Assembly: GCA_013416795.1 (NCBI GenBank)
Contig: RQSC01001312.1
Span: forward strand, 1-64,000
DNA: 64,000 nt
Direction: 5' to 3'
Origin: Prasinococcaceae sp. CCMP 1430
Lineage: Eukaryota > Plantae > Prasinodermophyta
Positions 9,381 through 19,973 of the stretch are shown here, one piece after another; position 1 is the first letter of the stretch, and every line of letters begins with the position of its first letter. A program made the position numbers and the translations under genes. The notes beneath the pieces are model-generated. The model did not search any database, was not told the origin of the DNA, and saw nothing but the letters and a program-made list of their open reading frames with translations.

Positions 9381-11243
9381 ATGATCGGGGGCGTCAACCA
9401 GGCACAGAAGATCGCCGCCCTCCGCCGAGTCACCGAGGGCGAGGTGCTCATCAAGCAGGACACGAGCGGCAAGAGGTTCAAGAAGGCCTTCGGCCAGCGC
9501 TTCTTCTGCTTCGAGGCGCGGCGCCTGTGCTACGGCCGGCTCTCCAAGGTCAAGCGCGTGGACGTCGAGGGGGTGCTCATCGACGACTTCGAGCCCCCGC
9601 GCGGCTCGCGCATGGTGGCGCGCCCGCGCAGCCTGCTGGTGTTCGAGCTGGCGGACGGTGGACAGCTGCGCTGCTTGATGCCCGGCTATGCTGCGGCGAG
9701 GATGTGGGCCCTCGGCACCATCCTGTGCTTGGCCGGCGTGACGCTCCAGGACCTGGAGCGCTCGCGCGGCGGCGCCCTCTCGCCGGGCGTTAGCATCCGC
9801 GAGGAGGGCGCGGGGCGCGATTCGGACTCGACGCCCAACGGCGGCGACGCGCGCGCAGCAGCCGAGGGCGCCCGAGACGCGGCCGCGAAGCAAGGGGAGC
9901 AGCTCGAGGCGATGCCCGGGGCCGAGCAGCAGCGAGAGCATCAGCGGCACGAGCAGCCAAAGGCACCGGCGCCTCGACCCGATCTCGACGCGGACGCGCG
10001 GACGCTGCCTCCGCCGGGCTCGGCGCCGCTCGGAGACCGCACGCCCCAGGCGCCCGCCGCGCTCGGTGGCTCGCCGGTGCTACCGCACGTCCCGAGGCTC
10101 GACCTGTCGACGGCGCTTGCCCAGCCGCAGGACGACGCCAGCCCTGAGCCGGCGCCGCGCGGGGATGACGCCAGTGCCGCCAGCGACAACAGCCCAGAGA
10201 GCGCGAGCTCGGGGCCGGACGACGGCGATGCCCTTTCGCAGGACGACCTGTCGGCCTCGGCGGACGGCGACGACGAAGGCACCGCCGCGGAGGAGCTCCA
10301 GTCGCTGCGCGACCAGTGCGTGCGCGCGCGCCGCGAACGCGAGGTGGCCGAGGCTGAGGCTCGCGCGCTGCGCGCTCGCCTGGACGCGGCCGAGGGCGAG
10401 CGCGCACGCCTTCTGGCCCAGATCCGCCGCAGCGAGGAGCGATCACTGCGCCTGGACGAGACGCTCCTGTGCCGCCACGCGGCGGCCACGCGCGACGCCC
10501 TCGCGCGGGGCCGCCGCGGGGGCTCCAACGGCATCCCCGAGGGCATCGAGGCCGCCTTCCGCTGCGGCCCGCCCGCCGGGCTCGTGGATGCCGCGGACGG
10601 CGAGGCCGAGGGCATCGAAGGCTCGTCGGGCGGCGCGGGTGCCGCGGAGGTGAGCGACGCTCGGCGGGTGAGCGACGTCAGTGCCGTCAAGGACGAGGTC
10701 AGTGCGCGCCTTGAGGCCACCCTGACGTTGTGCGTCGAGATGGCGGGCCGGTGCAAGGCCGAGCTGGCCGCTCTCCGGGACGAACACGCCGAGTGGCAGA
10801 TGTCGCACGCCGCGGCCGAGGTGCGCCTGGCCGAGCTCCGCGTCGAAGCGGGCGCGTGCGAGGACAAGCTTCACGCGAGCGGCCTCGCCATCCAGGAGGA
10901 GGAACAGAAGATCAAGCAGGCTGAGGACGTGCGCTCGCAGAAGACGGAACTTCTTCACAAACTGAAGGAGCTCGAGCTCTGCGACGATGCGGACCTCGTC
11001 GAGCTGCTCTCCAAGAAGGCCGTGCAGGCGGGCCGCCTCCACGACGAGGTGGTGACCGCCAAGGACCAGCTGAAGCGCATGAAGCGCATAGCACTCGAGA
11101 TGGAGAGAGAGCTGGGAGACAAGCAGTCGGTCGTCCAGGACCACGACAAGGCGATGGACGCGCGCCAGAACGTGCACGCGCGCGCGCTCGCCGCGCACCT
11201 GGAGGCATTCGCTGCGGGCGTGGCCGAGATTGGCTCCGCGTGA
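9381..11243 (+). CDS. PH-like domain plus coiled-coil protein
   Basis: 620-aa ORF. N-terminal GEVLIKQD.SGKRFKK...RFFCFEARRLCYG is PH-like, followed by an acidic linker and C-terminal heptads. Confidence 0.6.
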   Translation: MIGGVNQAQKIAALRRVTEGEVLIKQDTSGKRFKKAFGQRFFCFEARRLCYGRLSKVKRVDVEGVLIDDFEPPRGSRMVARPRSLLVFELADGGQLRCLMPGYAAARMWALGTILCLAGVTLQDLERSRGGALSPGVSIREEGAGRDSDSTPNGGDARAAAEGARDAAAKQGEQLEAMPGAEQQREHQRHEQPKAPAPRPDLDADARTLPPPGSAPLGDRTPQAPAALGGSPVLPHVPRLDLSTALAQPQDDASPEPAPRGDDASAASDNSPESASSGPDDGDALSQDDLSASADGDDEGTAAEELQSLRDQCVRARREREVAEAEARALRARLDAAEGERARLLAQIRRSEERSLRLDETLLCRHAAATRDALARGRRGGSNGIPEGIEAAFRCGPPAGLVDAADGEAEGIEGSSGGAGAAEVSDARRVSDVSAVKDEVSARLEATLTLCVEMAGRCKAELAALRDEHAEWQMSHAAAEVRLAELRVEAGACEDKLHASGLAIQEEEQKIKQAEDVRSQKTELLHKLKELELCDDADLVELLSKKAVQAGRLHDEVVTAKDQLKRMKRIALEMERELGDKQSVVQDHDKAMDARQNVHARALAAHLEAFAAGVAEIGSA

Positions 11244-11383
11244 AGGAGCCCCGGAAGGATTGTGAGGACAGTCGGGCGCCTTGTTGGCCGAAGCGTATGC
11301 CCGGTGGAGTGCGCCTCCCGCGCGTGCGCGCGCTGGCACCGCGCAGGGCGCCGCCGCCACCGCCGCGCATAACTCATCATCCC

Positions 11384-13369
11384 ATGTTGCTTCTCCTCCG
11401 CGGGCCCCGCTGCTGCTCGCGGCGCGCGCGGCGCTGGCGCATCGCACTGCGCCCACTCGAGCAGCTCGGAGAGCCCGAAGGAGCGGCGCGCGGCGCGCTC
11501 GCGTCTCCCCGCGCACCCTCCCCTCCAACGTCCCCCCGCCCCACCCTCAGCACCGGCCACCACATCGCGGCCGAGGAGCTATGGCGAGTTGCGCCTGGAG
11601 GCGGGCCCCGCCGTATTCGTGCACTCCGGCGGGCCGGCGCGGATCTGCGCGATTTCCGGGAGGCGGTGGCCGACGGCGCCACCGCCGTGCCCGTGTACGC
11701 GCGCGTCTTCTCGGACCACCTCACGCCCGTGCTCGCCTACCGCTGCCTCGTGCGCAACGACGACCGCGAGGCGCCCAGCTTCCTGCTCGAGTCGGTCGTC
11801 GGCGGCGACACCGCGGGGAGGTTCTCCTTCGTGGGCGCGCACCCTGCCATCGAGGTGGTCGCCAAGGAGGACGAGGTGCGCGAGCGTCCCCGCGCCGGAG
11901 CGCGCGCGGCGCACGCGCTCTATCTCTCCTCGAGCGCACTCGCTGACACCCGCCCGCTCGCACGCGCGCCCTGCCCTCACGCGCTCGCACGCGCGCCCTC
12001 GCAGGTGGTCGTCCTGAACAACGAGACCGGCGAGCGCACCGTCACCCGCGAGGCGAACCCCATCGATGTGCCCGCGCGGCTGTCGCGCGGCTACGTGGCG
12101 CACGCCGCCGAGGGCCTGCCGCCGTGCTTCTGCGGCGGCTGGGTGGGCTACACCGGCTACGACGCGGTGCGCTACACCGAGCCGAGCAAGCTGCCCTTTT
12201 CGGCCGCGCCGCCGGACGACCGCGGCCTCCCCGACATCCACCTGGGGCTGTACAAGGACGTGCTCGTCTTCGACAACGCGCAGAAGGTGGCCTACGCCGT
12301 GCACTGGGTCTTCATGGAGGACTTCGACTCCGCCGACGAGGCGTTCGAGAGCGGCATGGAGAATTTGAACAAGCTGGTGGAGCAGGTGTCGCCGCAGGCG
12401 GCGCCCGAGCTGCCCACGGGGCGCGTGGGGCTCTCCACCGCCAGCTTCAGCTCGGCGCCGCTGCGGTCCAACATGAGCAGGGAGGGCTTCCTGGACGCCA
12501 TCGCGCGCGTCAAGGAGTACATCCTCTCGGGGGACGCCTTCCAGATCGTGCTGAGCCACCGCTTCGAGCGACGCACGTACGCTGACCCCTTCGAGATCTA
12601 CCGCTCGCTGCGCGTTGTCAACCCGTCGCCGTACATGATCTACCTGCAGGCGCGCGGCGCCATCATGGTGGCGAGCTCGCCGGAGATCCTCTGCCGCGTG
12701 GCGCCCGACCCGGAGACGGGGCGGCCGCAGGTGGTCAACCGGCCGCTGGCGGGCACGCGGCGGCGCGGCAAAACGGCGGAGGAGGACGCGGCCACCGAGG
12801 CGGAGCTGCTGGCGGACGAGAAGGAGGTGGCCGAACACACCATGCTGGTGGACCTGGGGCGCAACGACGTGGGGCGCGTCGCCGAGCACGGCAGCGTGGT
12901 GGTGGAGCGGCTGATGAACGTGGAGCGCTACTCGCACGTGATGCACATCTCCAGCACGGTGACGGGCCTCCTCAAGGCGGGCGTGGACGCGTGGGCGGCG
13001 CTGCAGGCGGCGCTGCCCGCGGGCACCATCAGCGGCGCCCCCAAGGTGCGCGCCATGCAGATCATCGATGAGCTGGAGGTGTCGCGGCGCGGTCCGTACG
13101 GCGGCGGCATCGGCCTGGCGGGCTTCAACGGCTCGATGGACATGGCGCTCGCGCTGCGCACCATGGTCATCCCCACCGCCAACCGGGACACGCTGTACGA
13201 CTACGGCACGCCCAACCCGCGGCGCGAGTGGCTGGTGCACCTACAGGCGGGCGCGGGCGTGGTGGCCGACAGCGTGCCAGAGGCCGAGTACGAGGAGACG
13301 GTCAACAAGAGCGGCGCGCTCAGCCGCGCCATCGACCTCGCCGAGGCCGCATTCGTCGACGGCGAGTAA
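11384..13369 (+). CDS. ASA1: Anthranilate synthase alpha subunit, plastid
   Basis: LTPVLAYRCLV, SFLLESV, GDAFQIVLS, NPSPYM, SSPEIL, RPLAGTRRRG, EHTMLVDLGRND, GAPKVRAMQII. Intron 11876-12004. Start uncertain (11384 is the in-frame ATG). Confidence 0.95.
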   Translation: MLLLLRGPRCCSRRARRWRIALRPLEQLGEPEGAARGALASPRAPSPPTSPRPTLSTGHHIAAEELWRVAPGGGPRRIRALRRAGADLRDFREAVADGATAVPVYARVFSDHLTPVLAYRCLVRNDDREAPSFLLESVVGGDTAGRFSFVGAHPAIEVVAKEDEVRERPRAGARAAHALYLSSSALADTRPLARAPCPHALARAPSQVVVLNNETGERTVTREANPIDVPARLSRGYVAHAAEGLPPCFCGGWVGYTGYDAVRYTEPSKLPFSAAPPDDRGLPDIHLGLYKDVLVFDNAQKVAYAVHWVFMEDFDSADEAFESGMENLNKLVEQVSPQAAPELPTGRVGLSTASFSSAPLRSNMSREGFLDAIARVKEYILSGDAFQIVLSHRFERRTYADPFEIYRSLRVVNPSPYMIYLQARGAIMVASSPEILCRVAPDPETGRPQVVNRPLAGTRRRGKTAEEDAATEAELLADEKEVAEHTMLVDLGRNDVGRVAEHGSVVVERLMNVERYSHVMHISSTVTGLLKAGVDAWAALQAALPAGTISGAPKVRAMQIIDELEVSRRGPYGGGIGLAGFNGSMDMALALRTMVIPTANRDTLYDYGTPNPRREWLVHLQAGAGVVADSVPEAEYEETVNKSGALSRAIDLAEAAFVDGE

Positions 13370-13438
13370 CATCGATCTGTGTGTGCCGCGCGTTCGTGTA
13401 CGCGATAGTTACGTCGGCCGCAGCGTGCGGCCCCTTCC

Positions 13439-14277
13439 TCACGCCGGCGCGCCGCCGTCCGAAGCGGCCGCGTCGCCGGAGGTGACGGCTCCCTGTGCCA
13501 GCGCGCGAGCTTCCCGTCAGAGAGCTTGCTCACGCGCGTGTGTGTATGCGCGTGGGTCTGCATGCGTGTGCGTGTGCTCGTGTGAGACGCGCACGCACCT
13601 CAATTGGCTCCTCGTTGGCCAGCGCCGCTGTGGCCTCGAGCTGCTGCCTGAGCGTAGTGCGCAGGTCCTGGAACTCCGTGCGTAGCTGCTCGACCTCGGC
13701 GTTGAGCGTCGTGCGCAGCTCGCCGAGCTCGGAGCGGTACGTGCGGACCTGTGTGTGCAAGAGTGGTCAGCGCATGCGAGCACGCGCTGTCGTGCACGCA
13801 CGCGCGGGCCTGCATTCGAATGCTCGCTCGAGCACGGCCTCTCTTGAGAGCGCACCTGCGTGTCGAGCTTCCCGCGCCAATCGGCAAGGTCCTTCTTGAG
13901 CGTGTTGACGCGCCCGAGGAGCTCGTTGCGGCTCTCCTGCAGCTCGGCGAGCTGCGCTGTCTCCGCTTGGAACTTGTCCGCGCCGGCCTGCACTCGTGCG
14001 CGCATGCGCACAAAGGCCCAGGCGCGCGTGCGCGCGCGCGTCCGAGCGTGCGCGCGCGCGTGTGTGCGAGCGTGAGTTAGTCCAAGTGACGTCGTGCGTC
14101 TGCGCGCGGCGCGAGCTGCGCGGGCACTCGCGCTTTCTCTGAGGACTTTCCGAGCCGAGCCTGCGCCTGCGCCCGTGTCGACGCGCACGAATGAGAGCGT
14201 GCGCTCGCGCGCGACCGCGCACGCACCTCGAGCGCCTCGGGCATGCCGCCGCCCTCGGTCGCCGGCTGCAGCGCCAT
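13439..14277 (-). CDS. Small conserved green-lineage coiled-coil protein (CAP-Gly domain linker-like family)
   Basis: Exons 14227-14277, 13856-13987, 13599-13748, 13439-13492, all GT-AG and in phase: RNELLGRVNTLKKDLADWRGKLDTQ|VRTYRSELGELRTTLNAEVEQLRTEF. Confidence 0.8.
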
Positions 14278-14692
14278 CGCGCCGCCGACGCCGCCGACGC
14301 TCGGACACGCTTTGCGACGCGGCGCGCCCCGCCCGCGCGCGGAGTGGCGCCTTTCGCCACCTCGCCACGCAATCCACGGCACGCGCGCCTCCCACGAGCA
14401 CACAGGCGACGCACCAGCCCCCGCCCACCCCCGCGAGCACGCACGTACGTACGCGCGCGGGCGCGCCAGCGGGCGCGCGCGCGCGGGGGAACGCGAACGC
14501 CCCCGCCCGCGCGCCGAAATGGACCATTTCCGCGAATTGCTTTCGAATAATACCGTTACGCGCTCACGTTTTTTCATATTTGAATTTTCGCGGGAGCCCA
14601 ATTTTCGTCTGCGGCGCTTTTTTCCGGCGGGGCGTTTTCGGACGGCTTTAGCCGAAGCCGAAGCCGCATCGAGGGATCCCGGAATGGGCCGG

Positions 14693-15020
14693 GTCACACC
14701 TGGTTCAACTCGGGGCTTCACCCCATCGACACCCGCTCCATCCCCGGGTGTGTCGACGCCCCTCGGGGGTTTGACCCCGGGCACGCGGCTCGAAAGGGCG
14801 CGCGACATCCAAAACGGCGAACCCGGGATGAGCCGGTCGACACCCGGTTCAATTCATCCATCCCGTCATCGAACCGCTCCCTACCCGGGTGTGTCGATGC
14901 CCCTAGGGGGTTTGACCCAGGGCACGCGGCTCGAATCCCAATCAAAATCAAAATCAAAATCAAAATCAAATTCGGGGAGTTTCGAATCGAAAAGAAAACC
15001 CTTAAAATCAAAATCAAAAA
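14693..15020. repeat. Two degenerate ~142-bp tandem units followed by (ATCAAA)n
   Basis: CACCYGGTTCAA at 14697 and 14841; CCCGGGTGTGTCGA, GGGGGTTTGACCC and GGCACGCGGCTCGAA each occur twice. Confidence 0.75.
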
Positions 15021-15315
15021 GCCGACGCGCGCGGGCGTACACGTCGCCTGCCGGGCGCGGCGCCCACCAGCCGAATTTGGATGCGCGTACTGCGTTTATC
15101 GAATCCATTTGATGTACATATGAATGACCTTGCAAAATGCAGAATATATTTGGGTTGGTCATAAAATGTGAAAAGTGCGTGGTTGGGGAGTGTGCGTCTG
15201 AGCGTGTATGCGAGCGGGTGTGTGGGTGGGTGTGTGGGTGGGTGCACGCGCGCTCACGTGCCACACCGTGCGCGCGAGCTCTGCCGCGCCGCCCTCCCCC
15301 CCCCTCCCGGCCGCC

Positions 15316-16833
15316 ATGGCGTCGCTCATGACGCCCTTCGCCGCCAAGGCGTCGCCGCTGCTGCCCGCGCCGCGCCGCGCCGCGGCCGTCGCCAAGCAGA
15401 TGTCGCCGCTGTCGACCAAGAAGCGCATCCGCCAGGACGCCGCGCGCCGCGTGGAGAACAAGTCCAAGCTCTCCGAGGCGCGCACGTACATGAAGAAGGT
15501 GCGCGCGAGCGGGCGGTGGCGCGCCAGCGGGAGCGCGCTCGCGCGCGTGGGGGAAGGGTGGGCGCGCGAGAGGGAGGGACAGAGTGGGAGCGAGAGCGGC
15601 CCAGCGCGCGCTGGTGTGCGGAGCGCGGGCGCACGCGCCTCGCCCCGAGCGCTCGCGCGAGCGAGCGTGTGGGGCGGAGAAGGAGGGAGCGCTCGCGCAG
15701 GCGCACGTGCGGACGGCGCGCGCGGCGCGCTGCGCGTGGTGGCCGCGCCCGACACCGAGGAGGAGGTGGAGGACCCGCTCGCGCCGCCGGAGGAGTGGAC
15801 GTCGCCCAAGCCAGGGCGCCGCCCGGACATCTTCCCCGAGTTCGATAAGCTCAAAACGCCGCCGCCGCGCGAGATGCCCGGCGACCCGCCGCTCCCCGAG
15901 GAGGAGGAGGAGGACGAGTTCGCCGAGCCCGCGCCCGAGGAGGACCCGGACAACCCGGACGACCCCGACAGGGATCCGGACGAGGACGAGCCCGAGCCGG
16001 AGAAGGATCAGCCGCCCGAGTGAGCGGGCAGCGCGCGCGCGTGCCCTATCCCCCTTCCCCACCTTTCCCTCCGAGCCGTAACTACAGGCACGCACTCGCC
16101 GGCCTTCGCGCGGCGCCGCACGAGAGCGCGCCCCTCGCTGCGCCCGCCAGACTGCGCGCGAGTGGGTCTGGTGAGTGGCGCGACGCGACGTGCGCGCGGG
16201 GGCCGACGCGCGCCGAGGAGGCTTCCGGGGTCGGACGCGTGCGTGTGCGTGTGAGCAGGGGAGGCGGGGAGTCGGGGGGTGCGGGCCTAGGGCGAATCAG
16301 GAGGCCGCGCGGCGCTGCCGCAGCCGGCGGCGCGGCCCTCCCCCTGCGGCGCCCACCCCCGGCGCTCGGACCCGAGCGCATGGGCCTCGCGCTCGCCCGC
16401 GTGCGTGCCGCCCGTGCCCTCGCGATCGCCTTCCCCCGCGCGCTCGCGGTGCGCGCTCGAACGCGACGGCGCGCCAGTGGGCTCGCTGCGGGGGGTGGTT
16501 GCATGCGGACCGCCGGGGGGGGCGAAGGAACGGCTGGGCGGCCGGTGTGGAGGCGGGCGTCGCTGCGCACGCGCTGCGATTGGTGCGCGACTGGTGACAA
16601 GGCCGGTGCTGACCCCGCTGCTCGCGCTCGCGCAGACCATGGAGGGCTTCAACACCGCCGCTTTCATGAAGGACGCCTCGAAGGCTGAGGAGGCGCAGAA
16701 GACCATGAACGTCGCCTTCCAGAAGATCGACAAGCTCACCAAGGCCAACATCATGACCTCCAACACGGCCGCGCGCCGCAAGGCCAAGCTTGCGCGTGCG
16801 CGCGCCAGCGCGCTCGAGGCCGTCTCCGAGTGA
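15316..16833 (+). CDS. PRPS20: Plastid ribosomal protein S20
   Basis: Exon 15316-15498 (transit peptide + STKKRIRQDAARRVENKSKLSEARTYMKK) and exon 16636-16833 (AFQKIDKLTKANIMTSNTAARRKAKLAR). Phase-0 intron with GCTGAC branch at ~16608. Confidence 0.88.
15701..16023 (+). CDS. Exon of a second, acidic Pro/Glu-rich plastid-type protein inside the PRPS20 intron
   Basis: After GCGCAG (15699-15700): ..ARGALRVVAAPDTEEEV..EWTSPKPGRRPDIFPEFDKLKTPPPREMPGDPP + acidic tail, TGA 16021-16023. Coding-like codon usage; recalled similarity to an uncharacterised green-lineage family. Confidence 0.65.
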
Positions 16834-16968
16834 GCGCGCCTGCGTGCTCGCGTACGGGGTGGTGTAACTAATTGATCTACTACTACTACCGCGGCTGCGA
16901 CGGGGGAGCTGGCTGGCTGGCTGGCTGGCTGGCTGGCGCGCGATGCGCGCAGGAAGGGAGCTGGACAG

Positions 16969-17158
16969 CGCGCGCGCGCGCGCGCGCCCACCGCGTCCGC
17001 AGTCCTCCGGAATCGCAAGCTAGAGCGTTACACTGCTCCTCGTATTAGTAGTTGGCGCCGTGGCCACACGCGCGCACTTTCGGACTCTGGCGCGAGCGCC
17101 GCTCAATCGGCCTCGGCGCCCGCCAGCTTCTCCTTCTGCGCGGCCGCGCGCGCGGCGA
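16969..17158. repeat. Exact 190-bp duplicate of 25813-26002 (mnmG C-terminal codons + 3' UTR)
   Basis: Base-by-base identity at offset 8844; both ends lie in (CG)n tracts. Confidence 0.92.
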
Positions 17159-17541
17159 TGGCGCGGCTGCGCGAGCTGCTCGCGGAGGTCGCCGCCGGCG
17201 GCGGCATCGACGATGAGGGCGCGCGGCAGCGAGCGGTGGAGACCATCGCGAGGGCGCTCGGGCGGCTCTCCACGGGAAAGGTGTGTGTGTGTTTGCCTGT
17301 GTGTGTGTATGTGTGTGTGTGTGTGTGTGTGTGTTTGGGTCTAAGAGAGTCTGGGTGGTGGTGACTTATCAGCTGACTCCGACCCCACCACCGCCACACA
17401 CGCACATACACGCGCGCGCAACAGGTGCCCGCGAGCGAGGTCGACGAGATCAGGACGCTCCTCATCGAGCAGCAGCCGCCACTGCATGCCGCAGCCGCCG
17501 TGGCACTGCTCAGCGCGCAGCTGACGATGGCGGGGATGTGA
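17158..17541 (+). CDS. C-terminal two exons of an unidentified helical protein
   Basis: Exons 17158-17280 and 17425-17541, GT-AG intron with GCTGAC at ~17372, in phase, TGA 17539-17541. Confidence 0.5.
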
Positions 17542-18004
17542 GCGTAAAGCTTGCGCGCGTCGGCATGTGCACGCCTGAGTCCTCGCGTGTGTCCTTACGT
17601 GCGAGCGTGCGTGTATGTGTGTGTGTGCGTGTGTGTGTGTGTGTGTTCATGCGCGTGTGTGTGTGTGTGTGTGCGCGCGCGGGCGCACGCGCGGGGCCTG
17701 TCTGCCCTCATGCCTGGTCCATGAGGTCGAGCAGATCGTCTCCCCCTTCATCGCCCGCGCCGTCACCGCCCACGTCGAGGTCCGCAACGAGCGACGTAAG
17801 GCCCTCCGCGGCCACACGCGCGCCCGACGCGGCGCTCGTCGCATCGATGACGAGCGCGTCCGCCGCGCCGGCGAACTGCGCGCGGGGAGCGCGCGTGTGG
17901 CAGCGCCTGTTAGCAGGTCTCATGCCCGCGCGCACGAACGTGCATTTGGTGTGTGCGTCGTGCGCGTCTGTGTGTATGTGTGTGTGTGCGTCGTGCGCGT
18001 CTGT

Positions 18005-18078
<74 letters not shown>

Positions 18079-18131
18079 GTGTGTTTGTGTGTGTCTGTGT
18101 GTGTGCGTGTGTGTGTGCGTGTGTGTCTGTG

Positions 18132-18194
<63 letters not shown>

Positions 18195-18215
18195 GTGTGT
18201 GCGTGTGTGTCTGTG

Positions 18216-18281
<66 letters not shown>

Positions 18282-18886
18282 CGCGCGCGCAGGTGCGCCT
18301 TCGCTGCAACGCGCCTTCCCTCGGCGGTCCCTTCGCCGCCCTTGGAGGCCAGCATGGAGGCCAGCACCTCGAGGTGGCGCACGGTGACGTCCACGAGCGC
18401 CTCGGGGCGCGTGCACCAGAGCACCTGGTACTTGAGCCCCATGGTCATGAGCGCGTAGAGCTTGTCCATCGAGTTGGCGGAGAGCCTCATGATGCTCGAG
18501 TGCGCCAGCTTGTCGAAGACGAGGCGCATCGCCCAGCTCGAGTACACCTCCTGCGGCCTGAAGAGCTCCTCGAGGAAGGACCGCTTGAGGAGGTTGGCGA
18601 CCACGTCGCCGAGCACCTTGGCGGCCTGGTCGTCGGGGATGCCCTGCGCGCTGAGGCGCCGCTCGAGGACGTAGAGCATCTCGCCGCCGAGGTTGAGGAC
18701 GAGCAGCGGCATGGCCAGGCGCGCGCCCGCGCGGGCCATCGCGGCGCGCGCGCGCGGGCGCGCGCGCGAGCGTGTGCGTGTGCGGTCGCGCTTGTGTGTG
18801 GCGAGCGCGCGCGCATACACACACGCGCGCACACACACGCGCACGCACGCACACACACGCACGCACGGGCGCACGCGCGCACACAC

Positions 18887-18918
<32 letters not shown>

Positions 18919-18938
18919 GCACACACACAGGCACACAC

Positions 18939-19006
<68 letters not shown>

Positions 19007-19220
19007 GCGCACGGACGCCCGCGCCGGTTTGGGGTTTAGGTTTTCCCGTTTTAAGGTTTTGTGCCGTCTGATGGTAGTAGGGTCCATCTCGTTCGAAATT
19101 TGGGTTCACAGAAAATGTTTACTGTACAGAAGATAGGGTCCATCATGGTCGCGCTGGTGTACGACGCCGTGTGTGTGTGCTGTGTGTGTGTGCTGTGTGT
19201 GTGCTGTGTGTGTTGTGTGC

Positions 19221-19252
<32 letters not shown>

Positions 19253-19534
19253 GGGCGTCGACCGTGTGTGCACAGCGCGCGCGCGCTGTGCGAGTCCGCC
19301 CGGCGCCCGCGCCGCCGCGGAAAGCTCGACCCTTACCTCAGCAGGCACAGCAGGTACTTCGTGCGAGACGCCGGCGGGCGCCGACGAGGCCGCCTCGCTC
19401 GCCGACGGGCGCGCCGCCGCCCTCCCAACGCACATGGCCGGCGAGCACGCGAGCACGCCCCTCACCCCCTCCCACACGCACACACGAGGTGCCTGAACGT
19501 AGTACACCCCCGCACACCAGCATGCACACACACG

Positions 19535-19566
<32 letters not shown>

Positions 19567-19575
19567 CACACACAT
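17280..19575. repeat. Cluster of (GT)n/(CA)n microsatellites
   Basis: Tracts at ~17281-17335, 17610-17675, 17950-18280, 18820-19010, 19170-19250, 19525-19575. Confidence 0.95.
17708..18739 (-). CDS. OSCP1: OSCP1 (organic solute carrier partner 1) homologue, middle section missing
   Basis: MPLLVLNLGGEMLYVLERRL..AQ.IP...ELFRPQ..LAHSSIMRLS..SMDKLY.LMTM..KYQ (~18290-18739). Last exon 17708-17875 ends GDDLLDLMDQA*. No GT donor at the junction. Confidence 0.88.
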
Positions 19576-19973
19576 CCGCGCCGTGCGCGCGCGCGGCACA
19601 CGCGGCGTGAGGGCCGCCAAGGGGCGCGCACGCGCGCCCTTTCAGCTGATACCGCAACTAAATTATTCCGTTTATTATTTTAATAATACATGACAAATTA
19701 TATTTTATATCGCGTAATTACATGGAATTGAGGCGTTGCTCGCCGCGCGTGGAGTGCGCGCGCGAAAGCGCGGGCGTGTGGCGCGCGCGCGCCCGAAGGG
19801 GCGCTCCCTCCCTCCCTGCCGCTCCCGCTCCCGGGGCGCTCGGTCGGTAGCGGGGGGGGAGGTGGGGGGGGGAGGAGGTCCGGCCGCGCGCCACAGCGAC
19901 GGCCCGCCACGCCCGCGGCTCGAGGCAGGCACGACGGATTACGGCGGGCGCGTCAGCCCGTACCCGCGCGGCG

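Noticed and set aside
8050-13369. Amino-acid biosynthesis cluster (CBL + anthranilate synthase)
   Set aside because: Different pathways, opposite strands, an unrelated gene between them; no evidence beyond proximity.
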